Source of the DNA: Bacteroidia bacterium
Lineage (GTDB): Bacteria > Bacteroidota > Bacteroidia > SpSt-205
Direction: 5' to 3'
Length of the DNA stretch: 64,000 nucleotides
Assembly (NCBI GenBank): GCA_025062295.1
Contig: JANXAJ010000003.1
Coordinates: 16,099-80,098 of the forward strand
The notes below the pieces were generated by a model. That model did no database searches, was not told where the DNA came from, and saw only the letters and a list, made by a program, of their open reading frames with translations. The translations under genes were made by a program, and so were the position numbers. The number at the start of each line of letters is the position of its first letter. Position 1 is the first letter of the stretch. Below are positions 39,546 through 48,888 of this stretch, one piece after another.

Positions 39546-40736
39546 ATGGCGGGGGGAGCAACCGCCACTTCAATCCAGCCGCAAGCGCAGGCGGAGCGCT
39601 TGCTAACTAAGCCAACTTCCTTGCGTATAGGTATTCCTCGGGAGCGCCATCTACAGGAGCGCCGCGTGCCTCTCATTCCCTCAGCCGTAGCCACTCTCAC
39701 AGCACGCGGTTATGAAGTACTTATTGAGCACCGAGCAGGCGAGTATGCTTCTTTTTCAGACAGAGAATATACAGAAGCAGGTGCTCTCGTGGTATATTCA
39801 CCCGAAGAAGTCTACGCTCAAGCTGAGTGTATTGTGAAGATCGCCCCACCCACGGAGCGAGAGCTGAATTTTCTCCGCCCCAAACAAATCCTCTTTTCCG
39901 CTGTGCATATGGGCTCTGTAAGACAAGAATATATCCGAGCCCTTTTGGACAAAAATGTAACAGCGATTGGATACGAGTTTCTGCAAGCGAAAGATGGCAG
40001 CCTACCTATTATGCGGATGATGAGCGAGATAGCAGGATATGCAGCGATTCAGATTGCGGCGGGACTTTTGGCTCAGCAGGGGCAAGCGACCTTATTAGGG
40101 GGAATAACGGGGATTCCCCCCGCTCGGGTTCTGATTTTAGGAGCGGGTACAGTCGCTCTCAATGCCGCCCGAGCTGCCCTTGGCTTTGGCTGCTCCGTTA
40201 CCGTCTTAGATGAGGAGGTGTATCGCTTGCAGCGGCTCAAAGCCGCACTCGGTCATCCAATTTCAACAGGACTCATCCAGCCTGAGTTGCTTCGTGAGCT
40301 CCTGCCTCAAACAGACGTCCTTATTGGTGCCCTCTACCGAAAAGGCGCTCCCGCTCATCTCGTTGTAACTGCTGATATGGTCTCTACGATGGCAGAAGGG
40401 AGCGTCATCATAGACGTAGCGATTGATCAAGGCGGAAACATAGAAACCAGTGTTCAGACCACTCATGACCTACCTACTTTCGTCAAGTATGGAGTAATTC
40501 ATTACTGCGTTCCCAATATTCCCTCTCGGGTCCCACGCACAGCCTCTATTGCTTTTAGTAATGTCCTCCTGCCTCTGCTTCTGCGCCTGAGCGAGTACGG
40601 AGGTATCCGTTCTCTCCTAGCTGCAGGGCATATGCTAAAAACAGGTGTTTATACCTATGGACGACACTTGACGAATCATACGCTCGCTCGCCTCCTTCAA
40701 ATGGAATCTCTGGATGTGGAACTCCTGGTGATATAG
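39546..40736 (+). CDS. ald: Alanine dehydrogenase
   Basis: AlaDH/PNT N- and C-domains, GxGxxG (ILGAGTVALNAARAA), HYCVPNIPSRVPRTAS. In-frame TTG at 39621 (MRIGIPRE...) matches the canonical AlaDH N-terminus better than ATG 39546. Confidence 0.8.
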   Translation: MAGGATATSIQPQAQAERLLTKPTSLRIGIPRERHLQERRVPLIPSAVATLTARGYEVLIEHRAGEYASFSDREYTEAGALVVYSPEEVYAQAECIVKIAPPTERELNFLRPKQILFSAVHMGSVRQEYIRALLDKNVTAIGYEFLQAKDGSLPIMRMMSEIAGYAAIQIAAGLLAQQGQATLLGGITGIPPARVLILGAGTVALNAARAALGFGCSVTVLDEEVYRLQRLKAALGHPISTGLIQPELLRELLPQTDVLIGALYRKGAPAHLVVTADMVSTMAEGSVIIDVAIDQGGNIETSVQTTHDLPTFVKYGVIHYCVPNIPSRVPRTASIAFSNVLLPLLLRLSEYGGIRSLLAAGHMLKTGVYTYGRHLTNHTLARLLQMESLDVELLVI

Positions 40737-40842
40737 CCTTCGGGTAGTCCTGGCTCATCCTGTGCTAATACCGCCCCTAACTCTGCTAGCTGAACTCTTC
40801 TGCAGCGGTTGGACTCTCCTGAGGAGTTATCTTTAGGGAAGC

Positions 40843-42198
40843 ATGACACAAGCAAGGCTATTTATTATCCTATGGTTAGGGGTTTATCTCTGCGTCACCT
40901 TTTTCTACTCCTATAAGCACGCTATACAGATGGGTTATGGATTTCCAATCGTACAGTCCTATGATGCAGAGTATGAGTATATCGGTGCCACTGTATATCT
41001 CTTCAAGCAGGGACGCTACTGGACAGACTGCCGTATGCCTGGTTTTGCAATTATCTATTCTTTATTTTATGCTCCGACTCGCTCTGAGAGATTTGCGAAT
41101 TTGGCCTATGTTCTTCTTTGTTTCGGAACTCTTCTCCTCTCCATAGGAATAAGCCTGTTGTATGTCCTCAGAAGGACTCAGCAGGTATGGATTCTTCATT
41201 GCATAGGTTTTTTGTGGGCAACGAATCCCATCGTTCATCGCTGGCCGTGGGTAGAGACTGATGCCATGGCGATAGGCACCTTTTCCCTTGGTCTTTTAGC
41301 GCTCTTCAGAGCCCACTATCTACTCAGCGGCTTGCTTTTGGCCCTGACTATTTTTCTCAGGCCGATTACAGGAGTCATACTTCCCTTCGTTGGACTTCGC
41401 ATATGGGCCGAGAGAGGATTTCCTTTGCCTTGGCAGTGGCTTTCCTTCAGAGCAATCTGGATTACTTTCCTTCCTTTTCTCCTTATGGAGAGTGCTTGGA
41501 TCATGAGAAACTATTATCACTACGCAGACCTAAGACCTTTTCATGGCACTCGTACCATCTTCAATGAGCCGTGTCACGATACCCCTGCTCGAGAGGGCTA
41601 CCCCCTCCTTATTCGTTTAGGAATGGCAACAGATAACACTCTCTCCAACCTTTTTGCTCATGGAAGGGGGGTAGATAGCAGCATATTCATGACTTTTGTC
41701 CCTCAAAAATACCTCTCATCCGAAAGCCTTAAACTTCTCCAGAGTATTATCAGCAAGCAAGCAGTGCCTGATTCCCAGAAAAGTTGTGAATACCTCTTAG
41801 AGATAGAAATAGCCCAACGCACTTTGGCTTGCCAAATAGCGATTCCTCCACATGTTAGAATTTACAATCGCCTTCGGCATGCTTTCTTAGGAGATATTGC
41901 CCATCTTCATCAAGAAACCTCTTTTCTGAATATGCTCTTATACGCCTGGCATCATCCTCTTCATACCCTTAGCGCAGTCGCTTTTGTCGGACTTCACTTA
42001 GCCTTTATGTGGCTCCTACTGAGGGTAATTTTAGGTTTATCCTCTTGGATTAGTCTAGTTACAGCCTCTCTTGGTTTTTGTCCGATGTGGGCTCATTTAG
42101 CGATAGGTATAGTGGATCATCGGTATTTGACGACGTATGTGCCTATCGCTGCACTCACTCTTATAGTAGGATGGCAGAGCAGCAAGCCAAGAAGGTAA
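40843..42198 (+). CDS. Polytopic integral membrane protein, possibly GT-C type glycosyltransferase
   Basis: At least 10 predicted TM helices and 451 aa. No firm motif recognised. Confidence 0.4.
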   Translation: MTQARLFIILWLGVYLCVTFFYSYKHAIQMGYGFPIVQSYDAEYEYIGATVYLFKQGRYWTDCRMPGFAIIYSLFYAPTRSERFANLAYVLLCFGTLLLSIGISLLYVLRRTQQVWILHCIGFLWATNPIVHRWPWVETDAMAIGTFSLGLLALFRAHYLLSGLLLALTIFLRPITGVILPFVGLRIWAERGFPLPWQWLSFRAIWITFLPFLLMESAWIMRNYYHYADLRPFHGTRTIFNEPCHDTPAREGYPLLIRLGMATDNTLSNLFAHGRGVDSSIFMTFVPQKYLSSESLKLLQSIISKQAVPDSQKSCEYLLEIEIAQRTLACQIAIPPHVRIYNRLRHAFLGDIAHLHQETSFLNMLLYAWHHPLHTLSAVAFVGLHLAFMWLLLRVILGLSSWISLVTASLGFCPMWAHLAIGIVDHRYLTTYVPIAALTLIVGWQSSKPRR

Positions 42199-42213
42199 CT
42201 TACCTTTGGAGCG

Positions 42214-43008
42214 ATGGATGTCCTCATCCTCGGCGCCGGGACGATGGGTAGAGGCATAGCTGAGGTATTTGCGAGTAAAGGATTCCCCACATGGGTATAT
42301 GAACCTCACTCTCATGCCTACGAGAAAGCCCAAAAGCTTCTGAGTAGCAAAGGAGAACAGATCCATCTTTTGGATACTCTCCCTTCCTTCATCTCGCATG
42401 AAGTGGTGATTGAAGCTATTCCTGAGGAGCTAGAGCTGAAAAAGCAAGCCTTTATAGAGTTGGAATCCCGTCTTAGCCCAAGTACGGTCGTTGCCACAAA
42501 TACTTCCTCGCTCTCTGTGCATGCGTTAGCTCATGACCTTGGATATAAGGAACGCTTCTTAGGATGGCATTTTTTCAACCCTCCTACTCGGATGCCGCTG
42601 GTAGAGGTAATCCCTACCACTTTCACCGCCGGGGAAGTTGTAAGAAAGAGTATGGAGATTCTTAGACTCGTAGGGAAGACCCCGCTTCTGGCTCCTGATC
42701 TGCCTGGTTTTATTGTCAATCGGATTGCGCGTCCTTACTACATAGAGGCACTTCGTTTAGCCGAGCGAGGCGAGGCTTCACCTGAGGTCATAGACCAACT
42801 TCTGGAGGGAATAGGTTTTCGGATGGGGCCTTTTCGGCTCATGGACTTTATCGGGATAGATGTCAATCATGCTGTCACTTGCAAAGTATGGGAGGGACTC
42901 TGGCATCCGCCTCGCTTTCGTCCTTCTTGGCTTCAAGCCCAAAAAGTCGCAGCAGGTCATACAGGACGAAAAGCAGGACAAGGATTCTACGATTACAAGA
43001 AAGAGTAA
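42214..43008 (+). CDS. 3-hydroxyacyl-CoA / 3-hydroxybutyryl-CoA dehydrogenase
   Basis: N-terminal NAD-binding ILGAGTMGRGIA, 3HCDH N and C domains. 264 aa. Confidence 0.8.
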   Translation: MDVLILGAGTMGRGIAEVFASKGFPTWVYEPHSHAYEKAQKLLSSKGEQIHLLDTLPSFISHEVVIEAIPEELELKKQAFIELESRLSPSTVVATNTSSLSVHALAHDLGYKERFLGWHFFNPPTRMPLVEVIPTTFTAGEVVRKSMEILRLVGKTPLLAPDLPGFIVNRIARPYYIEALRLAERGEASPEVIDQLLEGIGFRMGPFRLMDFIGIDVNHAVTCKVWEGLWHPPRFRPSWLQAQKVAAGHTGRKAGQGFYDYKKE

Positions 43009-43076
43009 TGCGCCCGAAGACCTAAGATTATCCTTAGCCCCTTGGGGCTGACTCCTATTTAGAGCACTTGGGATGG

Positions 43077-43493
43077 TCAGAAGGGGAGGTCGTCTTCACC
43101 TGACAAGTCTGGTGGAAGGGGTTCCACCATCTCTGAAGGGGCGTCAGGGACCACCTTCTCAGGTTGATCAGGAAGGGTAGTATAGACAAGAACCCGAAGA
43201 TTTGTTACTCGGCATTCAAAGCTGACCCCAGGGGTGTTATCTTGACGGGTGTAAAGGCGGACCCCCGGCGTGCCTTCTACAAGAACCATAGTCCCCTTCT
43301 TCAGATGCTTGAGCACTTCAGTACTATCACCCGGATTGCGCCAATACGAGCATTCTATCCATTGTGTTTTCTCTTCGCCAGTAGGAAGGCGCTGAGAGTG
43401 AGCAATAGAAAACCGAATAATTTGACCTGAAGAAAGCGAGCGTAATTCAGCATCCCGTCCCAACCGCCCTACTGCAATGAGGCGTAGATACAT
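43077..43493 (-). CDS. ssb: Single-stranded DNA-binding protein
   Basis: OB-fold and acidic C-terminal tail ending DDLPF. Confidence 0.85.
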   Translation of the reverse strand: MYLRLIAVGRLGRDAELRSLSSGQIIRFSIAHSQRLPTGEEKTQWIECSYWRNPGDSTEVLKHLKKGTMVLVEGTPGVRLYTRQDNTPGVSFECRVTNLRVLVYTTLPDQPEKVVPDAPSEMVEPLPPDLSGEDDLPF

Positions 43494-43496
43494 AAG

Positions 43497-44387
43497 CTAA
43501 GGTAAAAGTACGTATTTCTGAGGATTGACTTTGACCCCTCGTTCTATCACCTCGTAATGGAGGTGTGGGGCTGTAGAGCGGCCTGTAGACCCCACGTAGC
43601 CGATTACCTGCCCCCGAAGGACCATTTCCCCAACTTGAGCAGTGGTACGAGAAAGGTGGGCATATTTCGTAACTATTCCATTGAGGTGATCTATTTCTAC
43701 TTGGATCCCATATCCACTTCCCTCCCACCCTGCAGAGATAACCTTCCCAGCGGCTGCAGCGCGTACCGGTGCTCCAAAGGGGGCATCAATATCTATACCA
43801 TGGTGCATTTGCCATTCACCTGTGAAGGGATCGGTTCGGAAGCCAAACCCACTTGAAATAGGACCAACTGCAGGCAGAATGCAAGGGATACGAGTCAAGC
43901 GAGCATTCACTTCTTTGAATTGTCTTTCTAAGGACTGATACTCCATGTAGAGACGCTGACTTTGATAAAGGGAAGATTCCAAAGCGGTCGCGGGTGCGCC
44001 CCCCATACCCCCTTCCCACTCACTGGTAGAGAGCGGCGGCAAACCAAGCAGCGGACGATAGAACCGCTGAACTCGTTCATAAAGCTGCTGCCGACGAGCC
44101 TCCCAACGCCGAACTTGGAGAAGGAGTTGAGCTTGATAAGCCTGAAGCTGACTCGTTTTCTTTTCTATCTGAGATACAAAATAGCGCTCCCAGAAAGAAT
44201 AGGTTAAGGGAACCGAGCCTCCTCCAACCAGAAGTCCCCAAAAGAAAATCCGAGGAATGACCTGCAGCGTCCGTTGAAACGACCATCTCACTCGCCTATA
44301 ACTCAGTGTGCGTTCATCCCATTCGAAGCGAGAGAATAAGTCAGTCATCTGCCCCAGCCAGTTGAATTTGATGCAAAGATACGACAA
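43497..44387 (-). CDS. M23 family metallopeptidase
   Basis: HHGIDIDAP...G.V...G..G.GYG..V.I.H.NG..T.YAHL...TGRSTAPHLHYEV is the LytM/M23 catalytic signature. Confidence 0.8.
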   Translation of the reverse strand: MSYLCIKFNWLGQMTDLFSRFEWDERTLSYRRVRWSFQRTLQVIPRIFFWGLLVGGGSVPLTYSFWERYFVSQIEKKTSQLQAYQAQLLLQVRRWEARRQQLYERVQRFYRPLLGLPPLSTSEWEGGMGGAPATALESSLYQSQRLYMEYQSLERQFKEVNARLTRIPCILPAVGPISSGFGFRTDPFTGEWQMHHGIDIDAPFGAPVRAAAAGKVISAGWEGSGYGIQVEIDHLNGIVTKYAHLSRTTAQVGEMVLRGQVIGYVGSTGRSTAPHLHYEVIERGVKVNPQKYVLLP

Positions 44388-44416
44388 AAACCGCGCAAAT
44401 AGTTTGAGAGTAGATT

Positions 44417-44450
44417 ACACTTGTAGATAGAGGGTGGATTTGTACCTTTG
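44417..44450 (+). promoter_or_regulatory. Candidate Bacteroidetes sigma-A promoter (-33 TTG / -7 TAccTTTG) upstream of the tRNA pair
   Basis: cTTG at 44421-44424 and TACCTTTG at 44443-44450, 19 bp apart. The second element ends 8 nt before tRNA-Val. Confidence 0.35.
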
Positions 44451-44458
44451 CAAGGGGG

Positions 44459-44532
44459 GGGAACTTAGCTCAGGGGTTTAGAGCGCCTGCCTTACAAGCA
44501 GGAGGTCGGTGGTTCGAATCCACCAGTTCCCA
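44459..44532 (+). tRNA. tRNA-Val (anticodon TAC)
   Basis: Cloverleaf: acceptor GGGAACT/AGTTCCC, D-arm GCTC..GAGC, anticodon loop CTTACAA, T-arm GGTGG TTCGAAT CCACC. CCA is not encoded. Confidence 0.85.
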
Positions 44533-44533
44533 C

Positions 44534-44605
44534 GCCATCTTAGCTCAGCGGTAGAGCAGCTGATTCGTAATCAGCAGGTCGGCGGTTCGAATCCGCCAGA
44601 TGGCT
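44534..44605 (+). tRNA. tRNA-Thr (anticodon CGT)
   Basis: Acceptor GCCATCT/AGATGGC, anticodon loop TTCGTAA, T-arm GGCGG TTCGAAT CCGCC. Separated from tRNA-Val by 1 nt. Confidence 0.85.
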
Positions 44606-44606
44606 C

Positions 44607-46274
44607 GTGCGGTGGGGTTGGCCCCTCCTGAGTCTTGGGGTGGCTCTCTATCTCTCATGTCAAGGTTTTCAAAACTCCCCCCCGATTGAAACGAGGTATG
44701 TCGGAGATTCGGTCTGTCAGCAGTGTCATGCAGAGGTCAGCCGCGCTTACCGTTCTACTTGGAAAGCCCGCTCCCTTATACCCATTACCGCTGACTTGCC
44801 TCGCATGGAAGACTTCTCTCAGCCGGCTGTGTATGATCCCTGGAAAGACTTCTATTATAGAGCCGTTTGGGAATCTGACTCCCTTTTCCTGTATGAGTAT
44901 CGGCTAAGCGGCAAAGAGACAGTGTATGTGCGTCGGGAGCGGCTAGATTTCGTGATTGGGTCAGGACATCAGACACGTTCTTACCTTCTTTGGCGAAATG
45001 GCTTTCTATATCAAGCCCCTCTCACCTGGTATGAAGGCACTCGACGATGGGGACTCTCACCAGGGTATACAGAGGGCAAAAATAGCCGATGGAGCCGAGA
45101 AATTCAGCCAAATTGTTTGGCTTGTCATGCCAGCGGCTGGATAGCGGTTCCTTGGACACACAATCGTTACTACCGCATAGGTGGAGCCATAGGATGTGAA
45201 TCCTGTCACGGACCAGGAAGCACTCATGTCAAAAATCCATTTGATACTACCTACTTCTGGCGGCGATGGACGCCGAATCAACAGATGGATGCATGTAACC
45301 GTTGCCATTTAGAGGGAATAGCGATAGAGCGACAAGGAGGATGGGAACCAGGAAAAGCGCTTGCAGCGCACTGGTCAGTGTTTCTACCTGAGCGGGGAGA
45401 GCTCGGACGTTTTGGTATTGCTTCTCATAGCGAACGGCTCATGCGCTCTGCCTGCTATCAAAAAGGAGGAGCCACCTGCATGACTTGCCATCACCCCCAT
45501 CCAACATCTCCCCCTCCCTCCTACAATAACCAGTGCTTGAGCTGTCATACCCGTGGCTGTCAAAATCCTCGTCATCCCTCTGATCAGTGTGTGAGCTGCC
45601 ATATGCCGAAAGGAGAATCCAGCGACGTTCCTCATACTCGCTTCACTGATCACTACATTCGAGTAGTCAGGTCAGAAGCTCAAGCACCCCAAGAGGCTAT
45701 ACGACTCCTGTGTGCCGTGGGATGTAGCTCAGACCCAGCACTTTTAGGCGAAGCTTATCTTAAGTGGTATGTAGAGGTGAAAAACGAGCCTTGGGTGCTG
45801 GATACGGCGCTTCGGCTACTAGCGGGAGGGGAACGGCCAGCCTCGTATGCTCAGGCTCTCCTCCTGAAAGGAAAACCAAATGAAGCCCTCTCTTTTGCCC
45901 AAAAAGCTCTTAGACAGGATACTACGCTGCATCTTTTAGAGCTGTATGGATACCTTCTTGAGCTGACAGGTCAGACTGAGAAGGCTCTTGAGGTTTGGAA
46001 AAGGCTCCGAGCACGAGCTCCGGCTTATCCCGATGCTGCTTTTCGGTATGTGATTTTGAGTTATGTACTAGGAAAGTTTTCTGCAGAAGAAACCTATCAG
46101 AGCCTTCAGACTCTGGTGAAGGAGCAACCTTGGAATGCCCAGTTCCACTATAATGCAGCTGTCCTTGCAGCTCAGCTTGGGCGATATTCGGAAGCCAAGC
46201 AGCATCTCCATGCAGCCCTCCAAGCTGACCCTGACTACACACCTGCTCGTGAAGCGCTAAGGCGCCTACCCTAA
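44607..46274 (+). CDS. Hepta-heme c-type cytochrome fused to C-terminal TPR repeats; probable lipoprotein or secreted
   Basis: Seven CxxCH motifs (CQQCH, CLACH, CESCH, CNRCH, CMTCH, CLSCH, CVSCH) in the first 370 aa. TPR-like helical repeats at the C-terminus. N-terminus MRWGWPLLSLGVALYLSC. Only possible start is GTG 44607. Confidence 0.7.
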   Translation: MRWGWPLLSLGVALYLSCQGFQNSPPIETRYVGDSVCQQCHAEVSRAYRSTWKARSLIPITADLPRMEDFSQPAVYDPWKDFYYRAVWESDSLFLYEYRLSGKETVYVRRERLDFVIGSGHQTRSYLLWRNGFLYQAPLTWYEGTRRWGLSPGYTEGKNSRWSREIQPNCLACHASGWIAVPWTHNRYYRIGGAIGCESCHGPGSTHVKNPFDTTYFWRRWTPNQQMDACNRCHLEGIAIERQGGWEPGKALAAHWSVFLPERGELGRFGIASHSERLMRSACYQKGGATCMTCHHPHPTSPPPSYNNQCLSCHTRGCQNPRHPSDQCVSCHMPKGESSDVPHTRFTDHYIRVVRSEAQAPQEAIRLLCAVGCSSDPALLGEAYLKWYVEVKNEPWVLDTALRLLAGGERPASYAQALLLKGKPNEALSFAQKALRQDTTLHLLELYGYLLELTGQTEKALEVWKRLRARAPAYPDAAFRYVILSYVLGKFSAEETYQSLQTLVKEQPWNAQFHYNAAVLAAQLGRYSEAKQHLHAALQADPDYTPAREALRRLP

Positions 46275-46301
46275 AGCCTCAATCTGTGTACCTTCGTTTC
46301 T

Positions 46302-47699
46302 GTGGAGCGATATGATGTCATTGTAATCGGAAGCGGCCCTGGCGGCTACGTAGCTGCCCTTCGCGCGAGTCAGCTCGGACTCTCTACCGCCCTAATAGAG
46401 CGATATCCTACACTCGGTGGCACCTGCCTAAATGTAGGATGTATTCCTTCTAAAGCTCTGTTAGACTCCTCTGAAAAGTATGACGAGGCCCGAAGATACT
46501 TCAAAGAACATGGAATCCTCATAGATCAAATCCAACTGAATTGGGAAACAATGCTAGCTCGCAAAACCCAAGTAGTTAAGCAAACTATCAGTGGCATTGA
46601 ATATCTTATGAAGAAAAATAAAGTTAGTGTCTTTCATGGGCATGGACGCTTTGTGTCAGCAAATGAGGTAACTATAGATGGGGGACCAAAGTTGTACGGA
46701 AGAAATATTATTATTGCCACTGGCTCTAAGCCAGCGCAGCTCCCTAATCTACCAATTGATAAGAAGCGAATCATTACCTCTACGGAAGCCCTTAGCTTAG
46801 CTGAGGTGCCAAAACGGCTTGCTATTGTCGGTGGGGGAGTCATTGGTGTAGAAATGGCTTCGATATATGGACGACTTGGAAGTCAGATTACAGTGATAGA
46901 ATACACAGATAGGCTTTTGCCCGGAATGGATACCGATGCAAGCGAAGAGACTCGCCGAATCTTGATTGGAGAGTACGGCGCTCGTCTTCTTTTGGGGCAC
47001 ATAGCAGAGTCAGCCGAAGTGGGAGAAGGGGAAGTTCGGCTTACAGTCAGGCCCAGAGAGGGAGGAGACCCTCTCATGATAGAAGCAGAATACGTCTTAG
47101 TGGCGGTGGGACGTCGTCCTTATACAGAGGGGCTTGAGCTAGAAAAAGCTGGACTTGCGACCGATGAACGAGGACGCATCCCTGTAAATGAACACCTTCA
47201 GACACTTGTGCCTCATATTTACGCAATTGGAGATGTGATTCAAGGGCCGATGCTTGCTCATAAAGCCTCGGAGGATGGAATTTATGTAGCTGAACGGATA
47301 GCTGGACGCAAGCCTCATTTAGACTACTTGCAGGTTCCCACAGTAGTGTATATCTGGCCTGAAATCGCTAGCGTTGGATACACTGAGGAGATGCTGAGAC
47401 AGGCTGGTCGCACCTATCGGGTGGGTAAGTTTCCCTACAGAGCCCTTGGACGAGCGCGAGCGGCTCATGAGACCCGTGGATTTGTCAAGGTGATAGCAGA
47501 TGCTCGGACCGACCAGCTGCTGGGCATGCATATTGTAGGAGCTCGAGCCGCTGATCTGATTGCCGTAGGGGTCGCCGGACTCGCCTATGGCGCTTCAGCA
47601 GAGGATCTCTTCCGATTACCCTTAGCCCATCCTACTTTTAGCGAAGCCCTTAAGGAAGCGGCCCTTGCTGCCAGTGAAGGAGCCGCTTTACACTTGTAG
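46302..47699 (+). CDS. lpd: Dihydrolipoyl dehydrogenase
   Basis: YDVIVIGSGPGGYVAA FAD motif, redox disulfide GGTCLNVGCIPSK and C-terminal dimerisation domain. Confidence 0.9.
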   Translation: MERYDVIVIGSGPGGYVAALRASQLGLSTALIERYPTLGGTCLNVGCIPSKALLDSSEKYDEARRYFKEHGILIDQIQLNWETMLARKTQVVKQTISGIEYLMKKNKVSVFHGHGRFVSANEVTIDGGPKLYGRNIIIATGSKPAQLPNLPIDKKRIITSTEALSLAEVPKRLAIVGGGVIGVEMASIYGRLGSQITVIEYTDRLLPGMDTDASEETRRILIGEYGARLLLGHIAESAEVGEGEVRLTVRPREGGDPLMIEAEYVLVAVGRRPYTEGLELEKAGLATDERGRIPVNEHLQTLVPHIYAIGDVIQGPMLAHKASEDGIYVAERIAGRKPHLDYLQVPTVVYIWPEIASVGYTEEMLRQAGRTYRVGKFPYRALGRARAAHETRGFVKVIADARTDQLLGMHIVGARAADLIAVGVAGLAYGASAEDLFRLPLAHPTFSEALKEAALAASEGAALHL

Positions 47700-47708
47700 C
47701 TTAGAGAT

Positions 47709-48884
47709 ATGCTTCGCTCTCTTTTCGCTATCCCTCGCATAGACAAGAAACGAGAATGGGTGTACTTCTGCGGACATTCCTTAGGGGTACAACCTCGTTC
47801 TGCTCCGAGCTATGTTCGCCGAGTCTTAGAGGAATGGTCATGGGAAGGGGTAGGGGCCTACTTCTCTAAGCGAGCACAGTGGGTAGACTATGCAGATCGC
47901 CTTCGCTCTAAGTTAGGACCCCTTGTCGGAAGCTCGCCACCTTCCATTGCCATTGCCCATACTCTTACTACAAATCTTCACCTCTTATTAGCAAGCTTTT
48001 ATCGTCCTACGCCCCATCGCTATTTTATTCTGACTGAAAAGTCTCCCTTTCCCTCTGACCGCTATGCCCTTCAAAGTTGGGCCGAATTCTACGGCTACCC
48101 CGATGCTGTGATTGAACTTCCTACGCTCACTCCTACTACAGAAGAAGTAAGAGCAGTGATTCTTTCTATTGGGGAAAGGTTAGCAGGGGTCTGGATGAGT
48201 GGGGTTCATTATTTGACGGGTCAAGCATTTGATATTCCTAATATCACTGCGGCTGCTCATGAGGTGGGAGCGTGGGCGGGATGGGACCTTGCTCACGCCG
48301 TAGGGAATATCCCCCTTGCCTTAGAAGCATGGGAAGTAGATTTTGCTGTATGGTGTAGCTATAAGTATCTAAATGCGGGACCAGGGGCTGTGGGCGGACT
48401 CTACATCCATCCGAAGTATCATACTCGGGGTCCTCAATTCGCAGGGTGGTGGGGCAATCGCAGAGAGACCCGATTCCTTATGAGAGAGCGGTTTGACCCT
48501 GAACCAGATGCCCGAGCATGGGTCCAGAGTAATCCCTCCCCACTCCTTCTGGCTGCCTTAGAGGCGAGTTTAGATGTATTTGCTCAGATAGACCTTCCGA
48601 CCTATTATCAAGAGGTTCAGAGAATTCATCAATACCTCAGAAACCGCTTGACAGAAATCCCTCATGTGGAGATTCTCACCCCCGCCGACTCTCATGGAGC
48701 CCAAGTGTCTTTTTGTCTTCACTTGTCTGATCCAAAGCAGTCGTTTGAGAGGCTTCTGATGAAGGGATTTTTTGTAGATTGGCGAGAACCGAATGTGATT
48801 CGGGCTGCACCCGTTGCCCTTTACAATCTTCCCGATGAAGTGGAGGCTTTTACTGCGGCTGTGGCAGAGCTGGCTACTGACTAA
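47709..48884 (+). CDS. kynU: Kynureninase
   Basis: PLP-dependent class V fold with kynureninase-like N-terminus (VYFCGHSLGVQP...EEW) and length. Confidence 0.7.
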   Translation: MLRSLFAIPRIDKKREWVYFCGHSLGVQPRSAPSYVRRVLEEWSWEGVGAYFSKRAQWVDYADRLRSKLGPLVGSSPPSIAIAHTLTTNLHLLLASFYRPTPHRYFILTEKSPFPSDRYALQSWAEFYGYPDAVIELPTLTPTTEEVRAVILSIGERLAGVWMSGVHYLTGQAFDIPNITAAAHEVGAWAGWDLAHAVGNIPLALEAWEVDFAVWCSYKYLNAGPGAVGGLYIHPKYHTRGPQFAGWWGNRRETRFLMRERFDPEPDARAWVQSNPSPLLLAALEASLDVFAQIDLPTYYQEVQRIHQYLRNRLTEIPHVEILTPADSHGAQVSFCLHLSDPKQSFERLLMKGFFVDWREPNVIRAAPVALYNLPDEVEAFTAAVAELATD

Positions 48885-48888
48885 GGCT

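Noticed and set aside
45057-45653. Minus-strand ORFs within the multiheme cytochrome gene
   Set aside because: Antisense to a CDS whose seven CxxCH motifs are all in one continuous frame.
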